Of a DNA stretch of 47,162 nucleotides, positions 36,579 through 46,709 are shown piece by piece. Origin of the DNA: Planctomycetota bacterium (GTDB lineage Bacteria; Planctomycetota; Planctomycetia; Pirellulales; UBA7805). The stretch is taken from assembly GCA_014237955.1 (NCBI GenBank), contig JABABY010000001.1, forward strand, positions 1 through 47,162. Reading direction: 5' to 3'. The notes beneath the pieces were generated by a model, which did not search any database, was not told where the DNA came from, and saw only the letters and a list, made by a program, of their open reading frames with translations. Numbering within the stretch: position 1 is the stretch's first letter; each line of letters opens with the position of its first letter. A program made the translations under genes and the position numbers.

Positions 36579-39448
36579 ATTCGCCAACCGGGAAAAAGAA
36601 TCGTGGGCAACGCGTGACCGGCTTGGAACCGGTTCCAAGACTTTCCACCCAAATTTGGTTGCTGGTCACCAGGGGTGATGTTTTGCTGCGGGTATCGCTC
36701 TGTTTCGTTGCAACGATCATCATGATCATCGCCACCCGGGCCTGGGCACCTCCCTTCGCCTATCGAGAGGGCGTCACACCACTGAGAGATATTGTCGCAA
36801 GCGTTGATTTCAAGGTGCCAAATCCCAACAGGGTAGAGCGTGAAAGAGAATCAGCACGCCGGCAAGCAAGGCAGGTGTACTCAAACAATCCACAGCCACT
36901 GCAGTCGCTCCAAACGGAACTATTGGCCGAAATCGCGAAATTGACAGCTGCTGAAGATTTTGACTCGGAGACTCAAACAATTTGGGAAACCTTTTTGCCT
37001 CACCCAACTCCGGATGACACAGCATCTCCTGATGATATGAAGATCCTCCAGGAGCAATGGGAAAAGCAATATGACGCATTTCGGTCGACTCTCGATGGCC
37101 CACGACGACTGCAATTTAGTGCTGCGATTGAAAAGGCCTTTGCGGATATCGAAAAACGCGGTCTTTTTGAAACACTCGAGAAGGAGCAGGGTAATCAGAC
37201 AGAAATCCTGGTCTATCCGGAGCGCGAATGGGAAGCCCGCGAACGTGTCGATGTACAGGACGTACAGATTGCCAATGCTAAATTTACTCTACAAGAAACG
37301 CTACAACGAGAACTGGCAAAGCTAGAATTGGAGGCCAAGGATCTTGCCCGAAAAGAAGCGCGACAGGTTTATATCAACAACCCCAAACCACTAAAGCAAT
37401 TACGAAAAACTCTTTCTGAAGAGATTTCGCTACTCCGTAGCGCGGAGGATCTCGATAAGACTACAAAAACAACGTGGCAACATTTTCTCCCGGTTACTGA
37501 TGAGAGTTCGACGCCACCGAGCAGTGACGACCAACAAGCTTCCTTGAAACAATTTCGCCAACTTTTGACTCCGGAACTTGCTGAGAGCCTCGAAACTGTT
37601 CTCGCAGCCACACTTGGTGAATTTGAACATCGTGGCATTCTTATGGATCTCAAACTCCTCGAAGAGGTGGCTGAAGGCAATCAGGAAGAAATTATTATTG
37701 TCGATGGCACTGAAAATACCGATCCCACCACAGTTGCCGTTACGGATGTACGGCTCGCTGATATCAAACCCCAGATTCGCGAAAGACTCGAAACTCAGAT
37801 TCCATCGCTAGAGGTCGCAGGCCGCATCTTTAGTTGGCTGGAAAAACATCTTCCCGCCGCAGTGACACTAAAATATCGTCCGGCGACCGAGAAAAACACA
37901 GACCACTTAACGGCACCCGAATTGGCTGAACGGGCCAGCTTTTGGCTACAAAGTCGACTACCAGTAACGCTCAAATATGATGATGAGCGAGCAAAAGAAG
38001 TCCGCGATGCAGTGGCAGCAGAGGTTATTCCAGAAGAGTATGCCACACCATACCATGCGGGCGATGATGCCCTCGCCAAAGCAGATCGACCAATCGATAC
38101 AGAAACAAATGAACTGCTCCATGCAGAGTATCAGGCACGACTGCAGCACCTAACCGGCAGTGCCATGTTCACCCGCCTGCTGGCAGTCTTTGGCATGTAT
38201 CTGGCAATCTATTCGCTCTGTGGGCTATTTATCTATTTTCGTTTTCCTGAAATCCTAATCGATTTACGACGTTTCTGCGGACTTTTGGGGCTAACCGTGC
38301 TAACAGTCGTGGTCTGCTATCTTTCAGAACATTGGAAGGTGGAATTAATTCCTGTCCTTCTCTTTGGAATGACTGTCGCCATTGCCTACAACCAAGAAAT
38401 CAGCTTGCTGATGTCGGCCGCAGTCGGCTTGATTGTTGTCCTGCTGCTCGGTCATGGACTTATAGCGTTTGTCATTTTAATGGCTGCAACGGCAACTGCT
38501 ATTCTCATGCTGCGGCGAATCCGTAGTCGGGTCAAACTTGTCTATGTGGGAATCTGTGCTGGGATTGTAGCAATGCTTACGGCAATAGGTGCCAGTATTG
38601 TTGATGGGCAACCTTTGGATCATGTAATGCTTATTGAAGCTGGTCGGGTTTTTCTCTGGGGCGTTGTCTCCGGTTTCGCCATGACTGGCCTTTTACCTTT
38701 TATTGAACACATCTTTGGCGTATTGACCGAAATCAGCCTTTTGGAACTCGGAGATGTTGCACATCCACTACTCCAAGAATTAGTGCGGAGGGCGCCAGGC
38801 ACCTACAACCACTCCATCAACGTCGCCTCAATGGCAGAAGCAGCCGGTGAGAGTATTGGCGCCCAAGGTCTCCTTCTTCGGGTAGGCGCTTATTTTCATG
38901 ACGTTGGGAAAATGCTTAAGCCGCAATACTTCATTGAAAACCAAGGAGAAAGTGGCAGTCGGCATGAATCGCTTGTTCCCGCAATGAGCACGCTGATTAT
39001 TATCGCACACGTTAAGGATGGTGCCGATCTTGCTCGCCAACACCATCTTCCGCAGTCGATTATCGATTTTATTCAACAACATCATGGCACAACCCTTGTT
39101 GAATATTTCTATCGACGTGCAAGCGAACACTCTGAAACAAATCCGGACGGCACCGAGATTGATGAAAATGCCTTCCGCTATCCAGGGCCCAAACCTCAAA
39201 CGAAAGAGAATGGCATTTTGATGCTTGCGGATGCCGTGGAAAGTGCCAGTCGCGTTCTGGTAGAGCCGACACCGGCACGAATAGAAAGCCTTGTCAAAGA
39301 TATTGCCATGAAACGCCTTCTCGATGGACAACTTGACGAGTGCGGACTCACACTGCAGGAAGTCCGTTCCGTACAGGATAGTCTGGTGAAATCGTTAATC
39401 GCGGTCTACCATGGTCGAGTAAAATATCCTGACCAGAAAACCGCCTAG
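36575..39448 (+). CDS. 7TM-receptor HD-domain phosphohydrolase (HDIG; PgpH/YqfF-like) with an expanded ectodomain (957 aa)
   Basis: Layout: N-terminal TM, ~470-aa extracytoplasmic region, a 7-helix block (aa ~525-730), then a C-terminal HD domain (YFHDVGKMLKPQYF, IIAHVKDG, HHGT, MLADAVESASR). It occupies the conserved position between phoH and ybeY. Confidence 0.9.
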   Translation: MNSPTGKKNRGQRVTGLEPVPRLSTQIWLLVTRGDVLLRVSLCFVATIIMIIATRAWAPPFAYREGVTPLRDIVASVDFKVPNPNRVERERESARRQARQVYSNNPQPLQSLQTELLAEIAKLTAAEDFDSETQTIWETFLPHPTPDDTASPDDMKILQEQWEKQYDAFRSTLDGPRRLQFSAAIEKAFADIEKRGLFETLEKEQGNQTEILVYPEREWEARERVDVQDVQIANAKFTLQETLQRELAKLELEAKDLARKEARQVYINNPKPLKQLRKTLSEEISLLRSAEDLDKTTKTTWQHFLPVTDESSTPPSSDDQQASLKQFRQLLTPELAESLETVLAATLGEFEHRGILMDLKLLEEVAEGNQEEIIIVDGTENTDPTTVAVTDVRLADIKPQIRERLETQIPSLEVAGRIFSWLEKHLPAAVTLKYRPATEKNTDHLTAPELAERASFWLQSRLPVTLKYDDERAKEVRDAVAAEVIPEEYATPYHAGDDALAKADRPIDTETNELLHAEYQARLQHLTGSAMFTRLLAVFGMYLAIYSLCGLFIYFRFPEILIDLRRFCGLLGLTVLTVVVCYLSEHWKVELIPVLLFGMTVAIAYNQEISLLMSAAVGLIVVLLLGHGLIAFVILMAATATAILMLRRIRSRVKLVYVGICAGIVAMLTAIGASIVDGQPLDHVMLIEAGRVFLWGVVSGFAMTGLLPFIEHIFGVLTEISLLELGDVAHPLLQELVRRAPGTYNHSINVASMAEAAGESIGAQGLLLRVGAYFHDVGKMLKPQYFIENQGESGSRHESLVPAMSTLIIIAHVKDGADLARQHHLPQSIIDFIQQHHGTTLVEYFYRRASEHSETNPDGTEIDENAFRYPGPKPQTKENGILMLADAVESASRVLVEPTPARIESLVKDIAMKRLLDGQLDECGLTLQEVRSVQDSLVKSLIAVYHGRVKYPDQKTA

Positions 39449-39637
39449 AAGATAAAATGTTTACAAACGTTGTCTTAAATCTTCCCGGAATCCAGAAGTA
39501 GTGGCTACAATGAAGTGGTATCCGGGCAATCGTTTGTTAAACTAACCGCTTGGATTACCCTAGGGTCCACCCCCAATACACGGAACAATATTTACGTAGT
39601 GTTTCTATTTCCTCTTCTTTTTTTATTAAATAAATAG

Positions 39638-40114
39638 ATGGCTGATGCAATAAATCGATTGATCACTGTAAGTGTTAGTAACCAGACAAGTGATCCAACG
39701 GTTGATGAGTTGCGACTGCGCGAGGCAGTAACACACGTTTTAGAAAGCAACTCCATTGGATGTGCTACGATTGGTGTTGCGGTTGTCTCTGACGAAAAGA
39801 TTCACCTCCTCAATCGGAAATTTTTGCAGCACGATTATGCAACAGATGTATTGAGTTTTCCTTTAGACGGTGCTGGCGACACGATCGAGGGCGAGATTGC
39901 CGTCAGCCTCGACACCGCGGCTCGTCAAGCTGAAGAATACAACTGGAAAGTTGCCGACGAGTTGCTGCTTTATGTGATTCACGGAACACTACACCTGGCT
40001 GGATATCGTGACCATTCGGAAGCGACCATGGCAGAAATGCGGTCCCAGGAAATTGCCGCGTTGGCACATTTTGGACTGCGACCACACTACCATGATTCGA
40101 CCATCAACATCTAA
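39638..40114 (+). CDS. ybeY: rRNA maturation endoribonuclease YbeY
   Basis: Metal-binding motif HGTLHLAGYRDH and a typical size of 158 aa. The next gene starts on the base after its stop. Confidence 0.94.
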   Translation: MADAINRLITVSVSNQTSDPTVDELRLREAVTHVLESNSIGCATIGVAVVSDEKIHLLNRKFLQHDYATDVLSFPLDGAGDTIEGEIAVSLDTAARQAEEYNWKVADELLLYVIHGTLHLAGYRDHSEATMAEMRSQEIAALAHFGLRPHYHDSTINI

Positions 40115-41422
40115 ATGCAGGAGACCTTTTTCACTGTGAACCCAGAAGTGTTTTTCTGGATTGCCTGTATCAGCCTCGTGATTACGAGCATCGCTGCTAT
40201 TGGTGTGCGTGCATTGCATGAGTTTTCCAGGCACGAGCTGGAACTCCTCTGTCGCAAACACGAATCTGATTTAAAATTCAGCGAAATTCTTCGCCATGAT
40301 GATCAGGTGGCTGTCAGCATAGAGAGCCTCAATGTAGTCACTACGGCTATCTTTGTTACTGCCGCATCGTTCTGGGTCGTCCTTGTTGGCAATAGCGAGG
40401 CAACAAGGGATTGGATGTCTTTTTGGATCAGTTCCGGGCTCGCTGCGCTGGCCCTCATGATGTGTAAGATTTGGTTTCCTTGGACCGTGGTACGTCTTTG
40501 GGCAACCCCTATTTTGTTTTATACCTGGCGGTTTTGGAGACTCTTGAGCTTTATTCTTACCCCCTTTGTCCTCGCTGCCCGCTGCGTCGATACGATCATG
40601 CATCGTCTTGCCGGTCGGCCACAGATTGAGCCCACCGAAGATTTATTTGAAGAAGAAATCCGATCGATTGTGAGTGAAGGTCATCGCGAAGGGCTCTTAG
40701 AAGAAGACGCAAGGGAAATGATTCAGGGGGTTATGGAACTGAGTGACGTCGACGTTGCCAAAGTGATGACGCCGCGAACGGATGTGGTCATGATGTCTGC
40801 AGGCCTTTCTTGGGAAGACGTCATCCAATTTGTAATCGGGTGTGCGCATACTCGCATCCCCGTCCACGGAAAAACACGTGATGATATTGTCGGGATACTT
40901 TATGTCAAGGATCTTTTGCCACTGATGGCATCGACGGACGCCCGTCCGCTGCTTGGCGAGGTGCTACGCGCCCCCTATTATGTTCCCGAAACCAAGCGGC
41001 TGGACAATTTGCTGACTGAATTCCAGCAGACCCGCAATCACATGGCACTCGTTCTTGACGAATACGGCGGGGTTGCTGGCCTCGTTTCGATCGAAGATGT
41101 TTTGGAAGAAATTGTTGGTGATATCATTGATGAATATGACATGGAAACAGAAGAGGAATTTCGAATCATTGATGAGCACACCGTAGAAACGCTCGCCCGT
41201 GTTCATCTCGATGAAATCAATGAACGTCTCGATCTCGAAATCCCAGAGGATGGGGATTACGACACCATCGGCGGATTTGTCTTCAGCCAATTAGGGCATA
41301 TCCCCATGGTAGGCGAGGAAGTGTATTGGGGTGATGTCCGTATCGAAGTCACACAGGCCACGCGTCGCCGTATCGAACGAGTACGATTTCAACTTCCAGA
41401 ACCACGACGCGATACTGCCTGA
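40115..41422 (+). CDS. CNNM/DUF21 - CBS pair - CorC_HlyC domain protein (hemolysin/CorC family)
   Basis: N-terminal 4-TM DUF21 region, then VMTPRTDV...HTRIPV...HMALVLDEYGGVAGLVSIEDVLEEIVG (CBS pair), then the C-terminal transporter-associated domain (YDTIGGFVFSQLGHIP). Confidence 0.92.
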   Translation: MQETFFTVNPEVFFWIACISLVITSIAAIGVRALHEFSRHELELLCRKHESDLKFSEILRHDDQVAVSIESLNVVTTAIFVTAASFWVVLVGNSEATRDWMSFWISSGLAALALMMCKIWFPWTVVRLWATPILFYTWRFWRLLSFILTPFVLAARCVDTIMHRLAGRPQIEPTEDLFEEEIRSIVSEGHREGLLEEDAREMIQGVMELSDVDVAKVMTPRTDVVMMSAGLSWEDVIQFVIGCAHTRIPVHGKTRDDIVGILYVKDLLPLMASTDARPLLGEVLRAPYYVPETKRLDNLLTEFQQTRNHMALVLDEYGGVAGLVSIEDVLEEIVGDIIDEYDMETEEEFRIIDEHTVETLARVHLDEINERLDLEIPEDGDYDTIGGFVFSQLGHIPMVGEEVYWGDVRIEVTQATRRRIERVRFQLPEPRRDTA

Positions 41423-41429
41423 AAACTCC

Positions 41430-44400
41430 TTATACGCTACTTGTTGTGGCAACCTGTCGCTGCCGTCTTGCTGGTGGCTGTGACTGTGCGGGTAGTGAGA
41501 CGACGGTCTTGAGGTTGTCACCACCCAACAATTCCTCAACCCGTAATTTCATCTCGGGGCTGTTTTCAATGCCCATTTCGTCACATTCACACCGTACTTG
41601 CATGCCATTGCGTAGGCAGAGTACAAGTTCCACAGAACAAGGACCCGGGTAGCGACGCAAAATTTCGTACAGTTTTTCAAGTCGCTCCATACCATGTTCT
41701 ACCTCGTTGACCCGAAGCCGCACACATGATGTAAAGCGTTTTGACATCTCATTGAGTGGGATCAGATCGTTGACGATCAGATTGGTTTCCTCACTCCCAG
41801 GTCTCCGGTCAACAGCACCGCGAACAACGAGAATGGCATCGGTTTCAACCAATTGGCCACAAACTGCAAACTGATCTGGCCACAGGATACATCGTATAAG
41901 ACCCTGCATATCTTCAAGGTCAAACATCACGTATTTGGTTTCGGTCTGCCCTCTACGCGGATTTTTTGTGTGGGAAAATTTAACCGCCGAGAGCATTCCC
42001 CCAACGATGACTTCCCCGCGATGCTCCGTGTGAGCTAGATCCACCGTTGTATGGCTACAGTAGTCAGCCAATGATCGTTCGTATTCAGCCAGAGGATGAC
42101 TACATAAATAATACCCCAAGACCTCTTTCTCTCCCGCCAGTTTTTGGCGATCGGGCCATTCTGGAATATTTGGAAGATTGGCTGCCACGTCGTCGCCCAT
42201 TTCGTCACCACTGAATTGGTCGAAAAGGCTGGCCTGACCTCGACGCCGGTCCTCAATGGCTGCGGAACCACTTTGTATGGCTTTTTCAACGACCGCGCTG
42301 AGCTGACTGCGATGTGTACCGAAGGAATCAAACGCCCCTGCCTTGATGAGCGTTTCTATCGTACTGCGATTCACTGTTCTTGAGTCAATACGCTCACAAA
42401 AGTCAAAGAGGTTCTTATAGGGTCCCTGTTCATTCCGTTCCTTGACAATGGCTATGGCAGCTCCACCTCCACACCCCTTGATGGCCGAAAGTGCAAAATA
42501 GATTTTCGGAGAGTTCTTCTCGGAACGATCAACGGCAAAGACCTCCTCGCTGCGATTGACATCCGGAGGGACGAGCGTGATATCCATGCGACGACAATCT
42601 TCAAGATGCTCTACCAGAGCATCTTTAGACTTAAAGTTTCGCCCTGGAATATCACCTGTCAGAAGGGCCGCCATAAATTCGACTGGATAATGGGCCTTCA
42701 AATACGCCGTCTGGTAGGCAATCAGTGCGTATGCTGTGCTGTGGCTCTTGTTAAATCCGTATCCGGCAAATTTTTCGATCAGACCAAAAAGATTGAGTGC
42801 TTTTTCCCGACTAACTCCCTTTGCAACTGCGCCGTCTATGAACGCTTCCTGGTATTTGGCAATCACAGGGAGCTTCTTCTTGCTAATCGCCTTGATACAG
42901 GTGTATGCATCCGAAAGACCAATCGCACCCAGGCGATTGAGAATGCGCATCACCTGCTCTTGATAGACCATGACACCATGTGTCTCTTCCAGCACATCAC
43001 GTACATTGGGGTGGAGGTAAACAGCCTCCTTCAGCCCATGTTTGACGGCAACGTAGTCATCGACCATGCCCCCTTCCAGAGGACCTGGTCGGTAGAGCGC
43101 ATTGGTGGCAATGATATCTCGAAAATCATCGGGTTTCATTTTCTGGAGTAGGTTGCGAATACCGCCACTTTCCAATTGAAAAATGCCTCTTGTCTCGCCA
43201 CGACATAAGAGCGCAAACGTTTCCGAATCGTCAAGAGGAAATTCATGCGGGTCAACCCGATCGCCGGTTGTCTGCTCGATGAGTCTCTGACACTCGGAGA
43301 GAATTGTAAGATTTCGAAGCCCCAGAAAATCCATCTTTAACAGTCCGGCCGCCTCAACTTCGTTCATCGCCCACTGCGTAATAACATCAGTCTTACCCTG
43401 CACACGTCCCAATGGCACATATTCGGTGAGCGGCTTGTCGGCGATGACAACCGCCGCTGCATGCGTTCCCACATTGCGGGCGAGACCTTCGATTTTCATC
43501 GCCAGGTCCAATAATTCACGCACCTCGCCATCGTTGTCATACGCCTTCTGCAACTCATCACTGGTCTTGAGTGCATTGCGCAAAGTGATACCGAGCACAT
43601 CGGGAACCATCGCCACGATTTGATCTACTCGCGCGATCGAGAGGCTCATCGCCCGTCCTACATCGCGAATCGCGGCCCGGGCGGCCAAAGTTCCAAAAGT
43701 ACCGATCTGGGCGACATTTGCATGCCCATATTTTTCCTTAACATACTGGATTACTTCACCACGACGCTGCTTGCAAAAGTCGATGTCGATGTCGGGAGCC
43801 TCTAACCGGCTCTCATCAAGAAATCTTTCGAAAAGTAAGTCGTAGCGGATCGGACAGATATGGCTCATGTAGAGTGCGTAACAAACAAGTGAACCAACAC
43901 CAGAACCGCGTGCCGTACATGGGATACCATTCTGACGTGCATAGCGAACAAAATCCCAGACAATCAAGAAGTAATTGGCAAAACCTAATTTGCCAATCAC
44001 CGCAAGTTCCCGATCGAGTCGTTGAAGGACTTCTGCCGATAACTGGTCATCGTCCCAGCGTCCGGGCATATTTCGATAACGATCCTTGAGTCCCTCAATA
44101 CAAAGTTCTCGCAAATAACTTTCAGCAGGCCTTGCATCCGGCAAGGCATAGGCCGGAAAGTGCCGTTGGCCCAATTGAAGATCAATGTCAATTTGATCTG
44201 CTATTTCCTGACTTCGATGTACCGCTTCGTGATGATCCGAAAATGCGTGGTACATCTCCGTAGGACTCCGAAGATAGAATTGGTCGTTTTCCATCTTCAA
44301 ACGATTGGTGTCCGTACGGAATTTACCCGTATTAATACAGAGAAGAATATCCTGCGCTACAGAATCGCCCTGTTCGATATAATGGGCGTCACTCGTTGCC

Positions 44401-45029
44401 ACGAGTGGTAAGCCCTGGCGACTGGCAATCTCAAGAGCCCCCTCCATAGCGATCTGCTGGATTTCCAATCCATTATCCTGGATTTCAATGTAATAGCGAT
44501 CTCCAAAGACTTTGTGGAACCAACCAGCAATCTCCGAGGCCTCTGCAAATTCATTTTTTTCACTACTCGCGCCGCGCAAAATGCTGCGGTTAAATTCGCT
44601 GGAAACACATCCAGACAGGCAGATGATCCCTTCGTTGTAAGCCGCCAGTATTTCACGATCAATTCGCGGCTTGAAATAAAATCCTTCCAAAAAAGCAGCT
44701 GAGGCGAGGCGAATGAGATTTTTGAATCCTGTGCGGTTCATCGCCAATAGCGTTAGGTGGTAGCTGGCCTCTCGCATTGAGCCGGCATCCTTGTCAAAGC
44801 GACTCCCTGGAGCGATATAGGCCTCATAGCCGAGAATGGGATTGATACCAACCTCTTTTGCCTTCTTATAAAAATCGATTGCACCGTAGAGATTGCCGTG
44901 GTCGGTCAACGCCAAGGCATTCATGCCGAGGTGTTTTGCCTGCCGAACGAGTCCGTCGATAGGAGCCGCTCCATCGAGAAGGCTGTAGTGGCTATGACAG
45001 TGAAGGTGGACAAAAGATCGGTCGCTCAT
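41430..45029 (-). CDS. dnaE: DNA polymerase III alpha subunit
   Basis: PHP domain start MSDRSFVHLHCHSHYSLLDGA. Polymerase core blocks are present (GYGFNKSHSTAYALIAYQTAYLKAHYP) along with a C-terminal OB-fold region. The ATG at 45029 is preceded by GAGGA at a 5-nt spacing. The track ORF starts at a TTG at 45041. Confidence 0.97.
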   Translation of the reverse strand: MSDRSFVHLHCHSHYSLLDGAAPIDGLVRQAKHLGMNALALTDHGNLYGAIDFYKKAKEVGINPILGYEAYIAPGSRFDKDAGSMREASYHLTLLAMNRTGFKNLIRLASAAFLEGFYFKPRIDREILAAYNEGIICLSGCVSSEFNRSILRGASSEKNEFAEASEIAGWFHKVFGDRYYIEIQDNGLEIQQIAMEGALEIASRQGLPLVATSDAHYIEQGDSVAQDILLCINTGKFRTDTNRLKMENDQFYLRSPTEMYHAFSDHHEAVHRSQEIADQIDIDLQLGQRHFPAYALPDARPAESYLRELCIEGLKDRYRNMPGRWDDDQLSAEVLQRLDRELAVIGKLGFANYFLIVWDFVRYARQNGIPCTARGSGVGSLVCYALYMSHICPIRYDLLFERFLDESRLEAPDIDIDFCKQRRGEVIQYVKEKYGHANVAQIGTFGTLAARAAIRDVGRAMSLSIARVDQIVAMVPDVLGITLRNALKTSDELQKAYDNDGEVRELLDLAMKIEGLARNVGTHAAAVVIADKPLTEYVPLGRVQGKTDVITQWAMNEVEAAGLLKMDFLGLRNLTILSECQRLIEQTTGDRVDPHEFPLDDSETFALLCRGETRGIFQLESGGIRNLLQKMKPDDFRDIIATNALYRPGPLEGGMVDDYVAVKHGLKEAVYLHPNVRDVLEETHGVMVYQEQVMRILNRLGAIGLSDAYTCIKAISKKKLPVIAKYQEAFIDGAVAKGVSREKALNLFGLIEKFAGYGFNKSHSTAYALIAYQTAYLKAHYPVEFMAALLTGDIPGRNFKSKDALVEHLEDCRRMDITLVPPDVNRSEEVFAVDRSEKNSPKIYFALSAIKGCGGGAAIAIVKERNEQGPYKNLFDFCERIDSRTVNRSTIETLIKAGAFDSFGTHRSQLSAVVEKAIQSGSAAIEDRRRGQASLFDQFSGDEMGDDVAANLPNIPEWPDRQKLAGEKEVLGYYLCSHPLAEYERSLADYCSHTTVDLAHTEHRGEVIVGGMLSAVKFSHTKNPRRGQTETKYVMFDLEDMQGLIRCILWPDQFAVCGQLVETDAILVVRGAVDRRPGSEETNLIVNDLIPLNEMSKRFTSCVRLRVNEVEHGMERLEKLYEILRRYPGPCSVELVLCLRNGMQVRCECDEMGIENSPEMKLRVEELLGGDNLKTVVSLPAQSQPPARRQRQVATTSSV

Positions 45030-45235
45030 TGCGGTCCTCAAACAGAATAGATCAATTCTTAGCGCTAGATTCCTTGGCTTGGATCGATTTTAACAATTCC
45101 CATCCAGGCAACAATCTACCAGAATTTCCGACAGAAACTCGCTACAAACGCTTTGGTCAAAGATGCCTCGCGTGAATGAACATTTTCTGGAAGCCAAATG
45201 ATGGATAATCAGTGATGCACTAAGATATTGACCGT

Positions 45236-46126
45236 TCAGTTTTCCAGGCCCCCTGCTGCCTCATAGAGAAGAAATGCTTGCTTGGCCGCTCGGATGTCGT
45301 GGAGACGGAGAACCTGAACACCCCGGGTGGCCAGCGCCAGACCGGTTCCGACGGTGGCGGCATTGAGATCCACCGATTCGCCACCAAGCACTTTAGAGAG
45401 AAAACCTTTTTTTGAATGGCCGACTAACAACGGACACCCCAGTTCGTGAACACGATCTATTTCTCGTAACAGCAACAAATTATGCTCGGTTGTTTTTCCA
45501 AATCCAATCCCGGGATCCAGACAAATCCGCTCCGGCGCAACCCCGGCGGCCACAAGATCGTCGCGCCGATTGCGTAAATAGTCGAAAACATCTTCAACAA
45601 CATTGTCATAACTCGGATGATCCTGCATCGTCGATGGATTTCCCTGCATGTGCATGGCACATACCCCGGCATCGGATGCGACAGCCAACGGAACCATTTC
45701 GGGATCTCCTAATAGTCCTGTCACATCATTAATAATCTCCGCTCCTCCGTTGAGGCACTCTCGGGCAACAATCGCCTTGGATGTATCGATTGAAATAGGA
45801 ACTTCGGTTTTTTGTGTTAGGGAGTACACAACGGGCATCACACGATCAAGTTCCTCATCAGGCGTTACGGGCGTGCTGTAGGGCCGTGTACTCTCACCTC
45901 CGATATCGAGAATATCAGCGCCCTCTGCTGCTAGTTGGAGTGCGTGGTTAACCGCATCATCTACACAAACAAACTGACCGCCATCCGAAAAGCTGTCGGG
46001 GGTCACGTTCACAATCCCCATTAAGAGAGGACGCGTGGAAAACTCCAATGTCTTTGTGCGAAGCTGCCACCGAGTAGCGCGAGAAGGATATTGCGGAAAA
46101 GAAACTTGTGGATTGATCGGTGGCAT
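45236..46126 (-). CDS. folP: Dihydropteroate synthase
   Basis: LMGIVNVTPDSFSDGG, ILDIGGESTRP, INDVTG and DPGIGFGKT motifs. Confidence 0.95.
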   Translation of the reverse strand: MPPINPQVSFPQYPSRATRWQLRTKTLEFSTRPLLMGIVNVTPDSFSDGGQFVCVDDAVNHALQLAAEGADILDIGGESTRPYSTPVTPDEELDRVMPVVYSLTQKTEVPISIDTSKAIVARECLNGGAEIINDVTGLLGDPEMVPLAVASDAGVCAMHMQGNPSTMQDHPSYDNVVEDVFDYLRNRRDDLVAAGVAPERICLDPGIGFGKTTEHNLLLLREIDRVHELGCPLLVGHSKKGFLSKVLGGESVDLNAATVGTGLALATRGVQVLRLHDIRAAKQAFLLYEAAGGLEN

Positions 46127-46136
46127 AAACCGTAGC

Positions 46137-46685
46137 TTACCACGGAGATTCCATGATGGCTACAATCTGGGAAGCAACCTGCTCGACCACTGCTTGCTCC
46201 GCCTCGAGGGTTGAATGTCCCACTTCAGTGACCTGGGCGTTTGTTCCCGAAACATCGGCCAAGGCGACAGGCAGAGGAATTGCTGTTTCGGGATAAACCA
46301 ATCCACCCTGGTTGTCGATCCAGCGAACCTGTATCTGCATGGTCATATCCACTTCGCGGAGATCATCATTAAGGGTTGTCACCGAAACCTGTTTCGTGAC
46401 AGGCAGGACCAGCCCTTCGAGAATTGTGTCGGCATTATCGCGACCGACAACCTTATAATGGGTCGTCTGTTCGATCTTCTTAATGACTGCTTCTGTCAGC
46501 CAGGGTCCAAGCCCCGGGCGAAGACTGTCTGACTGGAAGACTGGAACATGGACCGTCTGAATATGATTTGGATACATTGTCTGTGCACCAAACCGATAGC
46601 CAGCACATCCGGCAAGTAGCCCAACAACAAGGGCTAACAGATATACTTCGCAGGATAACCTACAACTTTTGCTCTTAGAGTCCAT
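46137..46685 (-). CDS. lptE: LptE-like outer-membrane lipoprotein
   Basis: A lipobox (LLAGC) is followed by AGYRFG, which parallels the LptE N-terminus (GCGWHLR). The size of 182 aa and the overall alternating beta-pattern resemble LptE. The assignment is by pattern only, with no search run. Confidence 0.55.
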   Translation of the reverse strand: MDSKSKSCRLSCEVYLLALVVGLLAGCAGYRFGAQTMYPNHIQTVHVPVFQSDSLRPGLGPWLTEAVIKKIEQTTHYKVVGRDNADTILEGLVLPVTKQVSVTTLNDDLREVDMTMQIQVRWIDNQGGLVYPETAIPLPVALADVSGTNAQVTEVGHSTLEAEQAVVEQVASQIVAIMESPW

Positions 46686-46709
46686 CCGTACAACCTTTTT
46701 GCAGCCCGC

